Below are positions 1-13,490 of a stretch of 64,000 bases of DNA, piece by piece. A program made the translations under genes and the position numbers. This stretch comes from Octopus vulgaris (taxonomy: Eukaryota). The notes beneath the pieces were generated by a model. The model did no database searches, was not told the DNA's origin, and was given only the letters and a program-made list of their open reading frames with translations. The DNA lies in assembly GCA_951406725.2 (NCBI GenBank), contig OX597814.1:87792001-87856000 (forward strand), in the 5' to 3' direction. The stretch's first letter is position 1. Every line of letters begins with the position of its first letter.

Positions 1-309
1 GAATTCAAGAACTGAACTTTTCAGGTCATGCCCACATATGGCCAAATATTTGTTACGTTTCCTTGTATTGTATGTCCTGTACTCTATTTTTTGTTGTTTA
101 AGAAAAATGTCCATTTCCTTGGCTTTGTGTTTATGTTTTCGTTTCTCATTGTGTTCGACGTATTTTGGTGTCCTATACCCATATATGCATGTATATATAC
201 ATGTAGATGTAAGTACATACATATATGTATGTATATATGCATATGTTTTATTTATTAATTTGTTATTATATGACGGAACACACATCCATTTCTAAGTAAG
301 TTTGTTCTT

Positions 310-371
<62 letters not shown>

Positions 372-435
372 AATATATATAAGATTATATATGTGTGTAT
401 ATATATATATGTATATATACATATATGTGTGTGTG

Positions 436-486
<51 letters not shown>

Positions 487-492
487 ATGTGC
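310..492. repeat. (TA)n/(TG)n compound microsatellite
   Basis: Read directly from the sequence. Confidence 0.97.
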
Positions 493-1951
493 ATTTGCCA
501 GATTTGTATTAGTTAATAAAATCTATAAAAAAAGTACAGTGAGCTCGCCAATGTATCATTCTTTTTAAGACGCTGAGTTGTGATTTGAGGAAGATTTGGT
601 TGCACTTTCAAGTGGCTATGTAAAAGTTTCCTAGTCAGTTTCAATAATTTTTTCTTTTCATAACGTGAAAGATGGCTATAATTATTGTAAATTCAAAAAT
701 ATACCAGATTTACTCATAGATGAAATTTACAGAAGCCTACTAACTAAAAAAAAAAAAAAACCCAAAAAACAAAGAAGGGATGATGACTGTAAGTTATCTG
801 AATGCAGTAAATTATACAAAACTTGATAAACATTGAAGTTTATAAGAACTATACTGAAATACTCTGATATGTAAACAAATATAATAATGTTTATTACAAT
901 TTACACTTTAAAATGTTAATTAGGCATGTATATATTATTAATAAAATAAAGCTTGTGTTACGTAGGAGTTATTTTGACAAGAGCACTAAAGTGAAGGACT
1001 TATATAGTAACTAGTGCAAGTCTTACATCATCTCCTGCTTTTGTAGTAGCTGAGTGATGCAGATAATGATTTATAAACACAGGGAGACTGAATGAAACAA
1101 ACCAGTGACTCAGTCTGTCATTCAACCAACTCCACCCACCAAGTCATACAGAATATGTTCCTTTCCAGTTACTGCAGATCTCCAGCTTTGATTCCTCATA
1201 ATCCACTGCTGTACAATAATAACAACATATGTTTAATGCATGCACAGTTTCGTGATGAGAATCTCTTTGTAATCAATATAAACAACAGTTCTGGAAACCT
1301 CTTCCCCAAGCTTCACATTTTAGAGATGGGGGTTATCATTAGTTAAGCCTACATTATTAAATAGATCTATATCAGAATTTTATCACTGCTTTATTTCCTT
1401 ATATTTTATTCTATTTAACTCAGCTCTCTTATCTTTATCACAGTGGTTAATAATGGTGATGACATATCAGTTGTCAGTGATAATACCTTCCTGCCTAATT
1501 TAATTACCTCAACAAAAAACTCCAGTATCTTTGCGTTTTTTTAAAAAAATTTTTTCTGAAAATGTCAATAAAATGCAAGCTGTCTCTCACACCCAACAAC
1601 CACTGGACACACCAAAGTGTCTTCTCTCAATTCAATATATTACATTAGTCTATGTACTTTTGAACGTACTAATACTATATTGCCTTCATTTAGTATTCTC
1701 TCTCCTCCTTCCTTCTAACCATTCATACCATGTATCAACACTGCCTGTCAATTTTTGTTTTTATTTCAAAGGACTAATAAATAATAGAGATAATACTCTA
1801 TTATTATAATTTTAATCAATCATACTGAACCTAATACTTATTTATAAGATTGGTACTTGTCAATCACTTTCTAGAACTGCAACAAAATTATGGGCACCAA
1901 TTCTTAGTGAAAAAAACTGAATGAAGACAAGATATATATATATATATATTT

Positions 1952-2361
1952 CTCTCTTTCTCTTTTACTTGTTTCAGTCATTTAACTGCAGCCATGCTGG
2001 AGCACCGCCTTTAGTCAAGCAAATCGACCCCGGGACTTATTCTTTGTAAGCCCAGTACTTATTTTATCGGTCTCTTTTGCCGAACCTCTAAGTGACGGGG
2101 ACGTAAACACACCAGCATCGGTTGTCGAGCAATGCTAGGGGGACAAACACAGACACACAAACATATACACACACACTTATATATATGTACATATATACGA
2201 CAGGCTTCTTTCAGTTTCCGTCTACCAAATCCACTCACAAGGCATTGGTCGGCCCGGGGCTATAGCAGAAGACACTTGCCCAAGATGCCACGCAGTGGGA
2301 CTGAACCCGGAACGATGTGGTTGGTTAGCAAGCTACTTACCACACAGCCACTCCTGCGCCT
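1952..2361 (-). mobile_element. tRNA-derived CORE-like SINE (family A), full length
   Basis: GGCGCAGGAGTGGCTGTGTGGTAAG head, GGTTCAGTCCC B box, CTTGGGCAAGTGTCTT core, tail GACTGAAACAAGTAAAAGA. Confidence 0.9.
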
Positions 2362-2939
2362 ATATATATATATATATATATAAACACACACTCAGAGTTA
2401 TTCATTGTTTTACATGGTAGTTTTATTTTAGCAAGGTTTACCATCCAGCTGCAGAGCTGTAGAAATCATGTCAAAACAGACATTGGACCATAATGCAATC
2501 CACAATTCATCAGAGCTTGTGAAACTGCACATCTCATACCAGTATGGACAGTGGATGTTAAATGATGATGATGATAATGATTTACAAATATTGTTCTGAG
2601 ACAGTACATGTCAGCCTTACTGTTTCCATTTGAGTTTTTTTTATTTTCCTTTTCTCTTAATTTTAATACACTTCTTTAATAGTAAAGTAGACCACACGTT
2701 AAAGTAACATTACGTTGGCTTTATCTTTTAGATCTTATTGAATATATCAGGATTCAGTAATAAAATTTCAAATATCAAACCCAAATTTAATAGATTAAAT
2801 CAATTTCAAAACAGAGAATATTTAACAGAATCAGTGAAACAACTTATTATAAAAGATACTGCAAGAAAAATGAAAAGAAATGAAAAAAATTCAAAGCCAT
2901 TATAACCATATGACATAAGTTTAAAACACAAATCATATA

Positions 2940-3275
2940 GGCAGCATGGCACCTTGAGCAAGTGTCTTCTATAGCCTCAGCTGACCAGAGCCTTGTGAGT
3001 GGATTTGGTAGACAGAAACTGAAAGAAGCCCATCGTATATATGTGTATATATGTTTGTGTGTCTTTGTGTCTGTGTTTGTGCTCCCACCATCACTTGACA
3101 ACCGATGTTAGTGAGTTTGCGTCCCCGTAACTTAGAAGTTCAGCAGAAGAGACTGATAGAATAAGTACTAGGCTTACAAAGAATAAGTCCTGAGATCGAT
3201 TTCTTCAACACCCTTTAAGGTCTTGCTCCAGCATGGCCGTAGCCAAATTACAAACAAGTAAAAAAATAAAAGAAT
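2940..3275 (+). mobile_element. SINE family A, 5'-truncated
   Basis: Same core and tail as 1952-2361. Confidence 0.85.
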
Positions 3276-3406
3276 ATTTACACAGTAACATTACGGAAAC
3301 ACTGAAAAAAGCTCTATCATTTGGATAGAAGATAAAACACATATGATTGCTCAAAAACAACTTTGTTATATGTCAAAAAGTAGTTAGAATTTTTTATCAA
3401 ATCAAC

Positions 3407-3795
3407 AGGCATGGGTGTATGGTAAAAAGTTTGCTTCTCAACAACATGGTTCTTGGTCCAATCCCACTGCATGGCACCTTGAGCAAGTGTTGTCTACTAT
3501 AACCTCTGGATGACCAAAGTCTTGTAAGTGGATTTGGTAGATGGAAACTGAAAGAAGCCTATTGTGCGTATGTGAGTGTGTGTGTATGTTTGTTCCCTAC
3601 TACTGCTTGACGACTGGTGTTGGTTTGTGTACATCCTTGTAACTTAGAGGTTTGGCAAAAGATAGGATAAGTACCAGGGTTAAAAAAAAACAAAAAACAA
3701 ATAAGGGCTAGGGTCAATTTGACTAAAATTCCTCAAGGTGGTACCCTGGCATGGTCACAGTGTAATAAACGAAACAAATAAAGGATAAAAGATAA
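3407..3795 (+). mobile_element. SINE family A
   Basis: Same head, core and tail; CpG-decayed. Confidence 0.85.
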
Positions 3796-3829
3796 ATTAC
3801 AAATCAAATATTTAACCCCTAATAATCTT

Positions 3830-4860
3830 GATTCTGGGACAGTAAAGGTTGGTTGGAAGAATTTTCAATCAAACTTTCTATATATTGTACAGCGAAAGTG
3901 GATCAAATGATAAGAAAACTGCAGATGAATTAACTGAAATAACTGAAGAGTCCTACTCTTTAAAACAAATATTTAATGCTAATGAAACCAATTTATTCTG
4001 GAAGAAAATGTCAGAGAACTTTCATATCAAGAACAGGAAAAACAGTTAGCAGATTCAAAGCATCTAAAAATCGAATTGTATTATAATGCTGTAATGCATT
4101 AGGTGACTGTTTTATGAAACCATTACTAATTAATGGGCCTCTTGATCCACCAGCAATGAGACAACTGAATTAAAATACCCTCCTAGTTTATTGGCATGTG
4201 AATACAAAATCATGGATGCCTGTTGTAATATTTGAAAGTCAGCTTTTATCAATATTGTTTCTGAAGCTGAAATTAATACAAAACATATAACAAAATTTTA
4301 TTACTAATTGATAATACTCCATCACATCATTGTGATTTAGAACACAAATGTTAAGTTCTATTTTTATCACCTAAATAATATTACACCGTAGATCAAATTA
4401 TAATTTGTGTTTTAAAGGTAATTATATTAAACATACCTATAAAAAAAAAACTGGATGATAAGTGGTATGGGAAAAATTTAATATTCTTCATTGTGTGAAG
4501 ATAATTGCAATAGAAATACATAAAATTTTACAAACATATATCTTAAATGCATGCTGAAATGCCATTTTAACTGGATTAGTACTAAACAGAAGTGATGGTG
4601 AAACACAAACATTTGATCTAAGACAAAATTAATATTGTCCATTCAATAGGAATGCAAAACTTCCAAAAGATGGATTATAAATGGTAAAAAATCTGGAACT
4701 TTATTTTATAAAAAAAAATGATCCTAACTGGAACAGTTTGAAATTTCAAAGAGAAATAATGATAGATGAAAATTTTGATCTGTAAGTTATGGAGCCCAAA
4801 ATTAGAGATTTCATGCAACAGCTGGTGATACCTAATACAGAAGGAGCAAGAAATACTAAT
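3830..4860 (+). mobile_element. Highly decayed Tigger/pogo transposase fragment
   Basis: QIFNANETNLFWKKM motif, followed by FKASKNRI, and LLLIDNTPSH in later frames; many stops. Confidence 0.75.
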
Positions 4861-5326
4861 GTTTACTGATGGATTTTCAACAAATAAAAAAGAAAATTAT
4901 TTTAATATGGCCAGGTAACCATGTACCTCCACTATAGAAAGACACCCGTTTCTGCCACTCTCTCTTTCTATCATACTCTAACCTTTCATCATCTGACACA
5001 AGATTCCCTCTTCCAGTGCCCCTCTCCTCTCAAAATTCCTTGTTTTGCAAGTTACTTGGTGACCCTGCCAGTGCTGGTGCCACATAAAAGGCACTCAATC
5101 CACTCTGCAGAGTGGTTGATGTTATGAAGAGTATCGAGCTGTAAAAACCCTGCCAAAATAGACAATACCTGGCTGGCTCCTGTCAAACTTTCTGACCCAT
5201 GCCTGCATGGAAGGTGGATGTTAAATGATGATGATGAAGATAATAATGATGATTAACTGAACTGCAGTTAAGCCTTCAAAGGTTTTAGCCGATATTCATC
5301 TTGGTACTTATTTCATTTGTTGAACC

Positions 5327-5716
5327 TTAGTGGAAGCACTCTGTCGGTTACGACGACAAGGGTTCCGGTTGATCCGATCAACGGAACAGCCTGCTCGTGA
5401 AATTAACGTGTAAGTGGCTGAGCACTCCACAGACACGTGTACCCGTAACGTAGTTCTCGGGGAGATTCAGCGTGACACAGAGAGTAACAAGGCCGGCCCT
5501 TTGAAATACAGGTACAACAGAAACAGGAAGTAAGAGTGAGAGAAAGTTGTGGTGAAAGAGTACAGCAGGGATCACCACCATCCCCTGCCGGAGCCTCGTG
5601 GAGCTTTTAGGTGTTTTCGCTCAATAAACACTCACAACGCCCGGTCTGGGAATCGAAACCGCGATCCTATGACCACGAGTCCGCTGCCCTAACCACTGGG
5701 CCATTGCGCCTCCACT
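5327..5716 (-). mobile_element. Young tRNA-derived SINE with 11-bp TSD
   Basis: Pol III A box (TGGCCCAGTGG) and B box (GTTTCGATTCC) on the minus strand; TSD TTTGTTGAACC at 5316-5326 and 5717-5727; CpGs retained. Confidence 0.9.
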
Positions 5717-8327
5717 TTTGTTGAACCATCAAGTCATGGGATACAGTAATACAATGTAAATAGCAATGGTTTTCATATTAATGTAAACATAAACATGGAT
5801 ACACCCCCATCACACCTGTATTTCAATAAATAATTGTTTAAATTTTGTTTGTCTGCTTTCTGTGGATAATATCAATATTATCCTCTCTCAGTTTACTCAG
5901 TGACTCAAGGAACTATCTGACAGTGTAAAATGAAAGACAACTATGTCATACATAAATTCACACACGGTAAGCTTCTGCACCATTTCTGTCAACTGAGTTT
6001 TACTCACAAGGCATTGGTCAGTTGACAACACTTGCTCAAAATGTCATACAGTAATGACCAAACCTCAAACTATTTGGTTGCAAAATAAACTTGTTATCTA
6101 CAAACAAATGACTAGACCCAATAGTTTAATAATAAATAATAGAACAGTAATACTAAGTCAGTAACCTTGTCCAATTAATTTATCATCTCTGGTTTGAGTA
6201 CATAACACTAGAGTAAGTGGAGTGAAATATGAATCCACTAGTCTAGGCCTATTATATTCTTTGAAAGTTCTTTTCCATTTCACTCTATTTAGGAATTGTT
6301 AAGAGTAGGCTATACTCATTTTCCACATATTTTAATCTCTAGAATATAGTTTTGTGGATTTGTACATTCCTTTGTGGTGTAAGATAAAAGGGAATTTCAA
6401 TTGTTTTTTAAAAAAATTTAAACTGTTCTTGTAGGCAACACACAATTACGTGCTTCAATGCCAGTGAATTTTCTAGAAATAGTATAATATTTACATTGAG
6501 TCCCATCAAAGAGCAAATACTTTCAGTATTAAAAAAAGACTAAAATTGTGTGAGCGTGAGTGTGGTGTTATAATTTGTATTAGTAAAACTTGACTGGTTG
6601 AAGTATAACAAATGCAGTATATTTGAATATGCACATGCTTAGCAAGCAAACAGTTGTTGGAGCATTGAAAACTTGACTAGCTGTTATAAATTTTGTTATT
6701 TGTCAACTATGCTGCTTTTCAGTCAGAACTAAAGGGTTAGAAAATAAAATTTACTTGAGCCTAGGTCAGCATACACTAAAATTACATCAGTCCTAACATG
6801 AATCCATTCCACTGATAACACAGCTTTTTTCCCCATTCAGCACTAATTGACTATTCTGGTCTCAAGATATGTGCATGATTGTACTTCACGCACCAAAAGG
6901 TGCCTTCAGCCACATTCTCAGCTTTCTTGTGCTTGGTATTTCATAACAGTTAACACTATACATCTTATGGATCATTGTTGTCTCAATTTTTCCCATTGTT
7001 CACTGATCTTCCATTTCAGGTCACCTCTTACTATCATGCAGCATCACACTTCAAACACAAACAACATAATGTTTTACCTTTAGCATGGACACAGAGAAAG
7101 ATAGAAATTCTTCAGAGACAACGTGATTTTAAAAATTTTCTAGCTAATATGCTCTCACTCCAACAATTTCCAGCATTAATTAAATTTTGTAAGTAATAGA
7201 AGCTATCAACTATGTCTACTGAGCCATGAGAACAGCTCATGGTCTTCATTTCATAAGTATTTCTTACTACTAATTTTGTACATCTTACACTTTTAAAGTC
7301 TGGGTTCTCAGTCAGTCTGTCAGTAATCCTACAGCAAAGTGCTTCATTAAGCATATATTAAATTTCTAATTAAAAGTAAATTCTAACTTTTGTATCAGTT
7401 AACAAATTGCATTTGTATGTGAATATCATTTTAATGCCCACCTTTCTATGCAAGCATGGATCAAATGGAATTTTCTGAAGCAGATTTTTTATAGCTAGAC
7501 GCCCTTCTTGTTACCAATCCTCACTTGTTTCCAAGCAAGGTAATATTTCGCCATGATTAGACATATTTACAAGCAAGATTGGAAATGAAAGACACCATTT
7601 TCATGATGGTGACATATGTTCACAATTATTGTGCAACATGATGTGAAAGCCAGGGGACACTAACACACACACACATATATACATGCATGCACACACACAC
7701 ACGATGGGCTTAGCAAATTCACTCACAATACTTTGGCTAGCCCGGGGCTATAGAAGACACTTGCCCAAGATGCTACACATTGAGGTTGAACCTGAAACTA
7801 TATGGTTGGGAAGCAAACTTCCAACAGCTAACACCCACACATTAGATAATAGATAATTGTTTTTGTAACTAGTTAATGATTATATTTTAACAATCATTTA
7901 AAGAATATTTTTAATTCATGGAGCTTTAGAGAATTAAAAAATGCAATAGAAGAGATTTTATTTATTTAGGTTCAAAAAAGTTATTTCAAGCAATAAGGGC
8001 TAAAACACAAAAACAGCCAGGGAGGAGAGATATGTGCACGATAAAAGATGATATAAATATAACTTTATTTCAAAGAAACAGACAGTAAAAGGACTGCCAA
8101 TTGAAGATAAGGTTAGCAGTGGTAAATAAAAAAAAAAATTCAACATAACATTTAAAAAGAAGCTAAAAGGGTGTTGCCTTTAGGGGAAAAAAACAAATAA
8201 GTTAAATAAATTACGGTATCAGATGGACTATAATAAAAAAAATTTAGGAGGTATACACACACACACACTGATCATTTCTTTAAATGATGATTTGATATAA
8301 ATGTACTTTTTGAAAAAATTACATTAT

Positions 8328-8690
8328 AGGTGCAGGTGTGGCTGCGTGGTAAGAAGCTTACTTCTCAACCACATAGTTCCGGGTTCATTTCCATTGTGTG
8401 GCATCTTGGGCAAATGTTTTCTACTATAGCCTTGGGCTGACCAAAGCCTTGCAAGTGGATTTGATAGATGCAAACTGAAAGAAGCCCATCGAGTGTGTGT
8501 GTATCTGTGTGTGTGTCTGTTCCCCACTACTGATTGACAACAGGTGTTGATGTGTTTATATTCATGTAACTTAGTGGTTTGGCAAAAGAGACTGATAGGA
8601 TAATTACTAAGCTTAAAAAATATGTCCTGGGGTCGATTTGTTTGACTAAAACCCTTCAATGACTGAAACAAGTACAAAAAAATAAAAGAA
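8328..8690 (+). mobile_element. SINE family A
   Basis: Same head, core and tail. Confidence 0.85.
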
Positions 8691-8883
8691 TATGAGGTGC
8701 ACTCCAGAGGTACTGACTCTTTTTAAGGAAAAGCAGTCATAACTGCCCTAGGTTATTGTAATTTTAGTATACTGTTATTATACAGCTAATAAGCTGACCT
8801 GCCAACTTTTGTTATTCCAGATTGAAGGATATGGCTGTAACAGCACTTTGAACACCTCCTATGAAACACTGCTGGTCACAGTT

Positions 8884-9582
8884 GATTAGTTTGCAGAATG
8901 TGTTTGGGGTGATTGGAAGCTCACTATGTAATAATAAAGTTATGTGTGAAACTGGGCAAAAATACTAAAGAAACTTCTGAAATACTCCAGACTGCTTACA
9001 GATTAACCTTTTTACTGGCACAAGAGGATTAAGGATGGCAGAGAGGAGGTGAGAGACGATGAGAAGTGTGGGAGGGGGAGGGACATCAGAAAACCAGACC
9101 TGGTTGAGAAAATTCACAACTTGTGGATGAAGACTTTCATGTATCTATAAAGACAATAAGTTTGGAGTTGGGTTGGCACCTGTACACAGAATTATTCATG
9201 AAAATCTGAACATGTGCAAAATTTGTTCCCAGGATGCTCAGTGATGAGCATCTTGGTAACTAAGAACTTGACAGAGACAGGCATCAAAGCTGTTCCTCAC
9301 CCTCCCTGCAGTCAATATCTTACTCCCTGTGACTTTTGGTTGTTCCCCAACCTAAAAGAGAACTTCGGGACTAGTCATTTTAAAGGTGAAGAAGGCCATG
9401 ACATGTGTCCTAGACACTTTCACTTTGAAGGACTTTCATGGGGCCTTCAAGAAGTAGCTGGAATGCTTGCTACAGTAAGTGCATTGAAGTTGGAGGATCC
9501 TACTTTAAAGATTAGTTTTGTACTTCTTCGAAATTAATAAATGTTTCTCTTGAAAAAGTCTGAAAACTTCTGGAATGTGCCT
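8884..9582 (+). mobile_element. Decayed, internally deleted mariner element
   Basis: VPHPPCSQYLTPCDFWLFPNLK corresponds to the mariner HPPYSPDLAPxDF motif; N-terminal HTH remnants upstream. Confidence 0.75.
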
Positions 9583-12496
9583 GTAATGATGTAATCTTAG
9601 AGCTCTTGTAATAAGTAACAAGTAATAAATTTGATTTATGACAAAACTATTCTGAATTCTAATATTCATTAAATGCAATATTGACTAATATATTCTTTAC
9701 ATATGTTAAAAAGTTCTAAAGTATGTTTTTATTATTACCTCCACCTTAGCATAGGCAGACGTATAGCTTTCAGTTGTTTTTGTCCATGGACAAGATATCT
9801 CAAGAACCACTGGATGGATTTAGATGAAACTTTCAGGGATCTTTGGCCTAATGACTGGCACGAACTGATTAGATTTTGGGATCAATCTGGTACCAGACAA
9901 GTATTCTGGATTATTTTTACTGTTTTTTTACTTAATTTTTGAGACCAGTCAGGTTCATTTTTAGTATTCTCATTTGTGAGAGCAGTCGAGTTTATTTCAG
10001 ATATTCTCATTTTAAAAATAATCTCTGGCTAATCATTGAGAGGATGTTAGTGTTGCCTTGGCAGAGGTTTGTACTCTCTGAGTGCTCTTGTTATGCTTTA
10101 GTTCATGTAACATAAATGTAAAATTTTTGAAATATGTACAAAATCTAGCATAAAAGAAAGGAACTGGTTTTCCTAGCTAAGTATTTGTAGACAGTATCAA
10201 TATTGAAATATTTACTAATAACATGCTAATATTAATGGGAAGTGGGGAATTGAATATGAAATTTTATATAGTGCATGTGTTGTATAATTGAGTTTTGAAG
10301 TAGTACCATTAAAGTGGAGACTCATTTCATTCATGGGCTGTATTTGGGCAAGGCAGCCAAGCTGAGCCTGTTTCTTCCCAAGCAATATCCACACAAAGGG
10401 TTGAACATAGCACTGCAAACTAACAAGGAGGTTGCCCATTTATAGATAAGTGGACCTGGATTTCCAAAATCAAGTGTTTTGACCATGTACAAGTACCATG
10501 GTTGTGATATGATATGAAATGTAATTTCATATCATATCACTTGTAATTTTAGAAAATTATAACATCATGACTATCAGAAATAGTAATGTATTGCAATTTG
10601 ATTTTTGTTGAAATCACATGTGGAAATTTTTTTTTTTTTTTTTTTTTTTTTGAAAAATAAGTTTCAGGAAGTTCAATGTGTACAATTCACCATCAACACC
10701 ATTTATTCACAGCACGATTCTCAGATTACCATTTACTAGCTACAAAACAGTTCTACAAAAGGCTGTTTATAACAAATATCTGTTTATAATTATGTTGCAT
10801 AATAATAAACATTTAAAAAAAAAATCCTAATCAATATTTTTCAGTTGTTAAAACACAGATAGTTTATAGATAAGCTAATATTTTCTTGTTAGCAAACTGA
10901 ATCTGCTACCACCTAAAGACAAAAACTATAACATAAAAGTAAATAAATAAAAATTTAAAGAAGTTTCTGAGCAAATTGGTGTGTTTAGAGTGTGAGAAAT
11001 TAGTGCAAAATGTGCAATGGTTAAATTAGTTGTTAAAAGAATGTATAGAAACAAGCTTGCAATAGATAACATTGAACTAAGATGTATGTAAACTGATAGC
11101 ACAAGTAGGATAGAGAATCTAATCTTTGTCAAAAATGGGGTAATAAAATGATACTACTGAGATTATTGATAGACAATCAGATAACAGGGACTATATTTTT
11201 AGTTTGCAGGCCTGCTTAGCAGATAGATAACTTCCAAGAAAATAAATAATTGAAAAATTATTTATTGTCAATGAAAATAAAGATGATTTCTTTGGTGTGC
11301 ATGGCATTACATTTATGATATAAAGAATGGATTTTTTTTTATCATACAAACCAATTTTATTATCTACTTTACAAAAATTTTAGTTGTAATTGCAAGTCAA
11401 ATTAACTGTTTTGTAAGAGAGAGAGAAAAATGGAAAAGAACATGAAACCAATTTTGATTGTAAATGTATCTTCAGCATGTGATATGATGGATGATGACAG
11501 ACAAAAGATATATCTCACATATATAGCACATATCACATGTCAAATAACTAAAAATCTATCCCAAAAGAAAGTATCTAAGCCTTCAAGCTAATTAACTGCA
11601 GACATATTAATATAGACATCTTTATTAACATGTGGCATAGCATTTTTTGCTGATCATTTGAATATTGGCATATGAACTCTCAGAAAATTACATGCCACTT
11701 ATATTGAATTCTATAAGAGATTTAGCAGTAGAATGTTCTCATGAAGTGTATTTTGGGAAGTCATTTGAAATTGGAATTGTCAACCCTTTGGTTGTTAGGT
11801 CAGCTCACTAACAACTCTCTAGTGTATGAATTCTTTGAGTTCCATTGTTGAGTATGTATTTCTAATATTGTTTAGTACTGGATGAGATTAGTTTAGGCGA
11901 TGTACAAATAAGCAAAGTTCTGAGAAGAGTGGAGAGAGCTGAATGATTTCTTTCAAGGCTATTTTAAAAATAATATTAAAGATGTACAAATAGACAAAGA
12001 GGGGGAGATATTGAAAAGTGTGAAGGGAATATGAGCAATTTAAAAATATGATTTATTCCAAATTATACAATCTTTTTGATTGGGGAATCCAATGTCTCCT
12101 AACTTGAAGACAGTTGTTTTTATTATGGCAGTGATTTCAGTTGGGTAACAGGTAACATAATGTGTTGTAGAACAGAGCCGTCTGACAGTTATTCAGTGTT
12201 TTCTTTTTCTCTTTATTGTTTTTGTTATTTTATTCTTAATTTCATAAACTTATTTACTACATTTGTCTTCATGAAAACAGCCCTGTCTACGTAGCTCTTT
12301 GTGGAAGATATCTCTTTGGAAATAGCTAGGTTTGAATATGTTTAAAATTATTGACTGATACTCTATTACTTACACTATTACTATCAACATACTAAGAAGA
12401 ATAAAAAGAAGCACACTGACAAAACAGATCAGTAGCACCTGGAGGAATAGTGTGCCTAACATAATGTGTGTGCTCCTGTACACAGAGACAATGAGA

Positions 12497-12900
12497 AGAA
12501 TAATTTCTACTCTAGGCACAAGGCCCAAAATTCTAGGGGAGGGGCCGGTTGATTAGATCGACCCCAGTACACAACTAGTACTTAATTTATCTACCCTGAA
12601 AGGATGAAAGGCAAAGTTGACCTCAGCAGAATTTGAACTCAGAACATATAAAGACAGATGAAATACCTATTTCTTTACTGCCCACAAGGGGCTAAACACA
12701 GAGGGGACAAACAAGGAAAGACAAATGGATTAAGTTGATTACATCGACCCCAGTGCATAAATGGTACTTATTTAATCGACTCCGAAAGGATGAAAGGCAA
12801 AGTCGATCTCGGCGGAATTTGAACTCACAACGTAACGGCAGACGAAATACCACTAAGCATTTCGCCTGGCGTGCTAATGTTTCTGCCAGCTCGCCACCTT
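12497..12900 (-). mobile_element. SINE family B (central GTCGACTTTGCCTTTCATCCTTTCGGGGTCGAT domain) with duplicated internal unit
   Basis: Head GGTGGCGAGCTGGCAGAAAC, B-box-like GAGTTCAAATTCC, two copies of the central domain; flanking direct repeat AGACAATGAGAAGAAT at 12486-12501 and 12901-12916. Confidence 0.85.
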
Positions 12901-13084
12901 AGACAATGAGAAGAATGAGACACAAGAGTATTGTGATATTGCTTAGCAGGTTATATGAATGAAACAATACTTGAACCAAGATGAGCCAACAGAAGACCAG
13001 CTGAAGAATTTAGCTATGCATTAGTGTCATTAAGGACTTTCAACAATAATTAAGTTTCCCAATTCTACAAAGACAACATACTTT

Positions 13085-13490
13085 ACTCTTTAGTCTTTTA
13101 CTTGTTTCAGTCATTTGACTGCGGCCATGCTGGAGCACCGCCTTTAGTCGAGCAAATCGACCCCAGGACTCATTCTTTGTAAGCCTAGTACTTATTCTAT
13201 TGGTCTCTTTTGCCGAACTGCTAAGTTACGGGGACGTAAACACACCAGCATCAGTTGTCAAGCGATGTTGGGGGGGGGGGCAAACACAGACACACAAACA
13301 TACATATATATATATATACATATATACGATGGGCTTCTTTCAGTTTCCGTCTACCAAATCCACTCACAAGGCTTTCGTCGGCCCAAGGCTATAGTAGAAG
13401 ACACTTGCCCAAAGTGTCACACAGTGCGACTGAACCCGGAACCATGTGGTTCGTAAGCAAGCTACTTACGACACAACCACTCCTATGCCT
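13085..13490 (-). mobile_element. SINE family A, full length
   Basis: Nearly identical to 1952-2361. Confidence 0.9.

Noticed and set aside
28-494. Short ORFs rich in YI/HT/CV/MY repeats here and at about 17400-18250, 39000-41700, 49850-50600 and 58300-60700
   Set aside because: Translations of (TA)n, (CA)n and (TATG)n microsatellites, not genes.
2132-2383. Recurrent ORF ...ASFSFRLPNPLTR...GYSRRHLPK... seen in several places
   Set aside because: Translation of SINE family A copies; non-coding.
5640-5716. tRNA gene
   Set aside because: The tRNA-like head continues into a SINE body bounded by a TSD.
6780-7354. Coding-like stretch on the minus strand (also about 34160-34500 and 11300-11800)
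   Set aside because: Multiple stops and no motif I can assign; possibly very old transposon debris, which would need a tBLASTx or HMM search.
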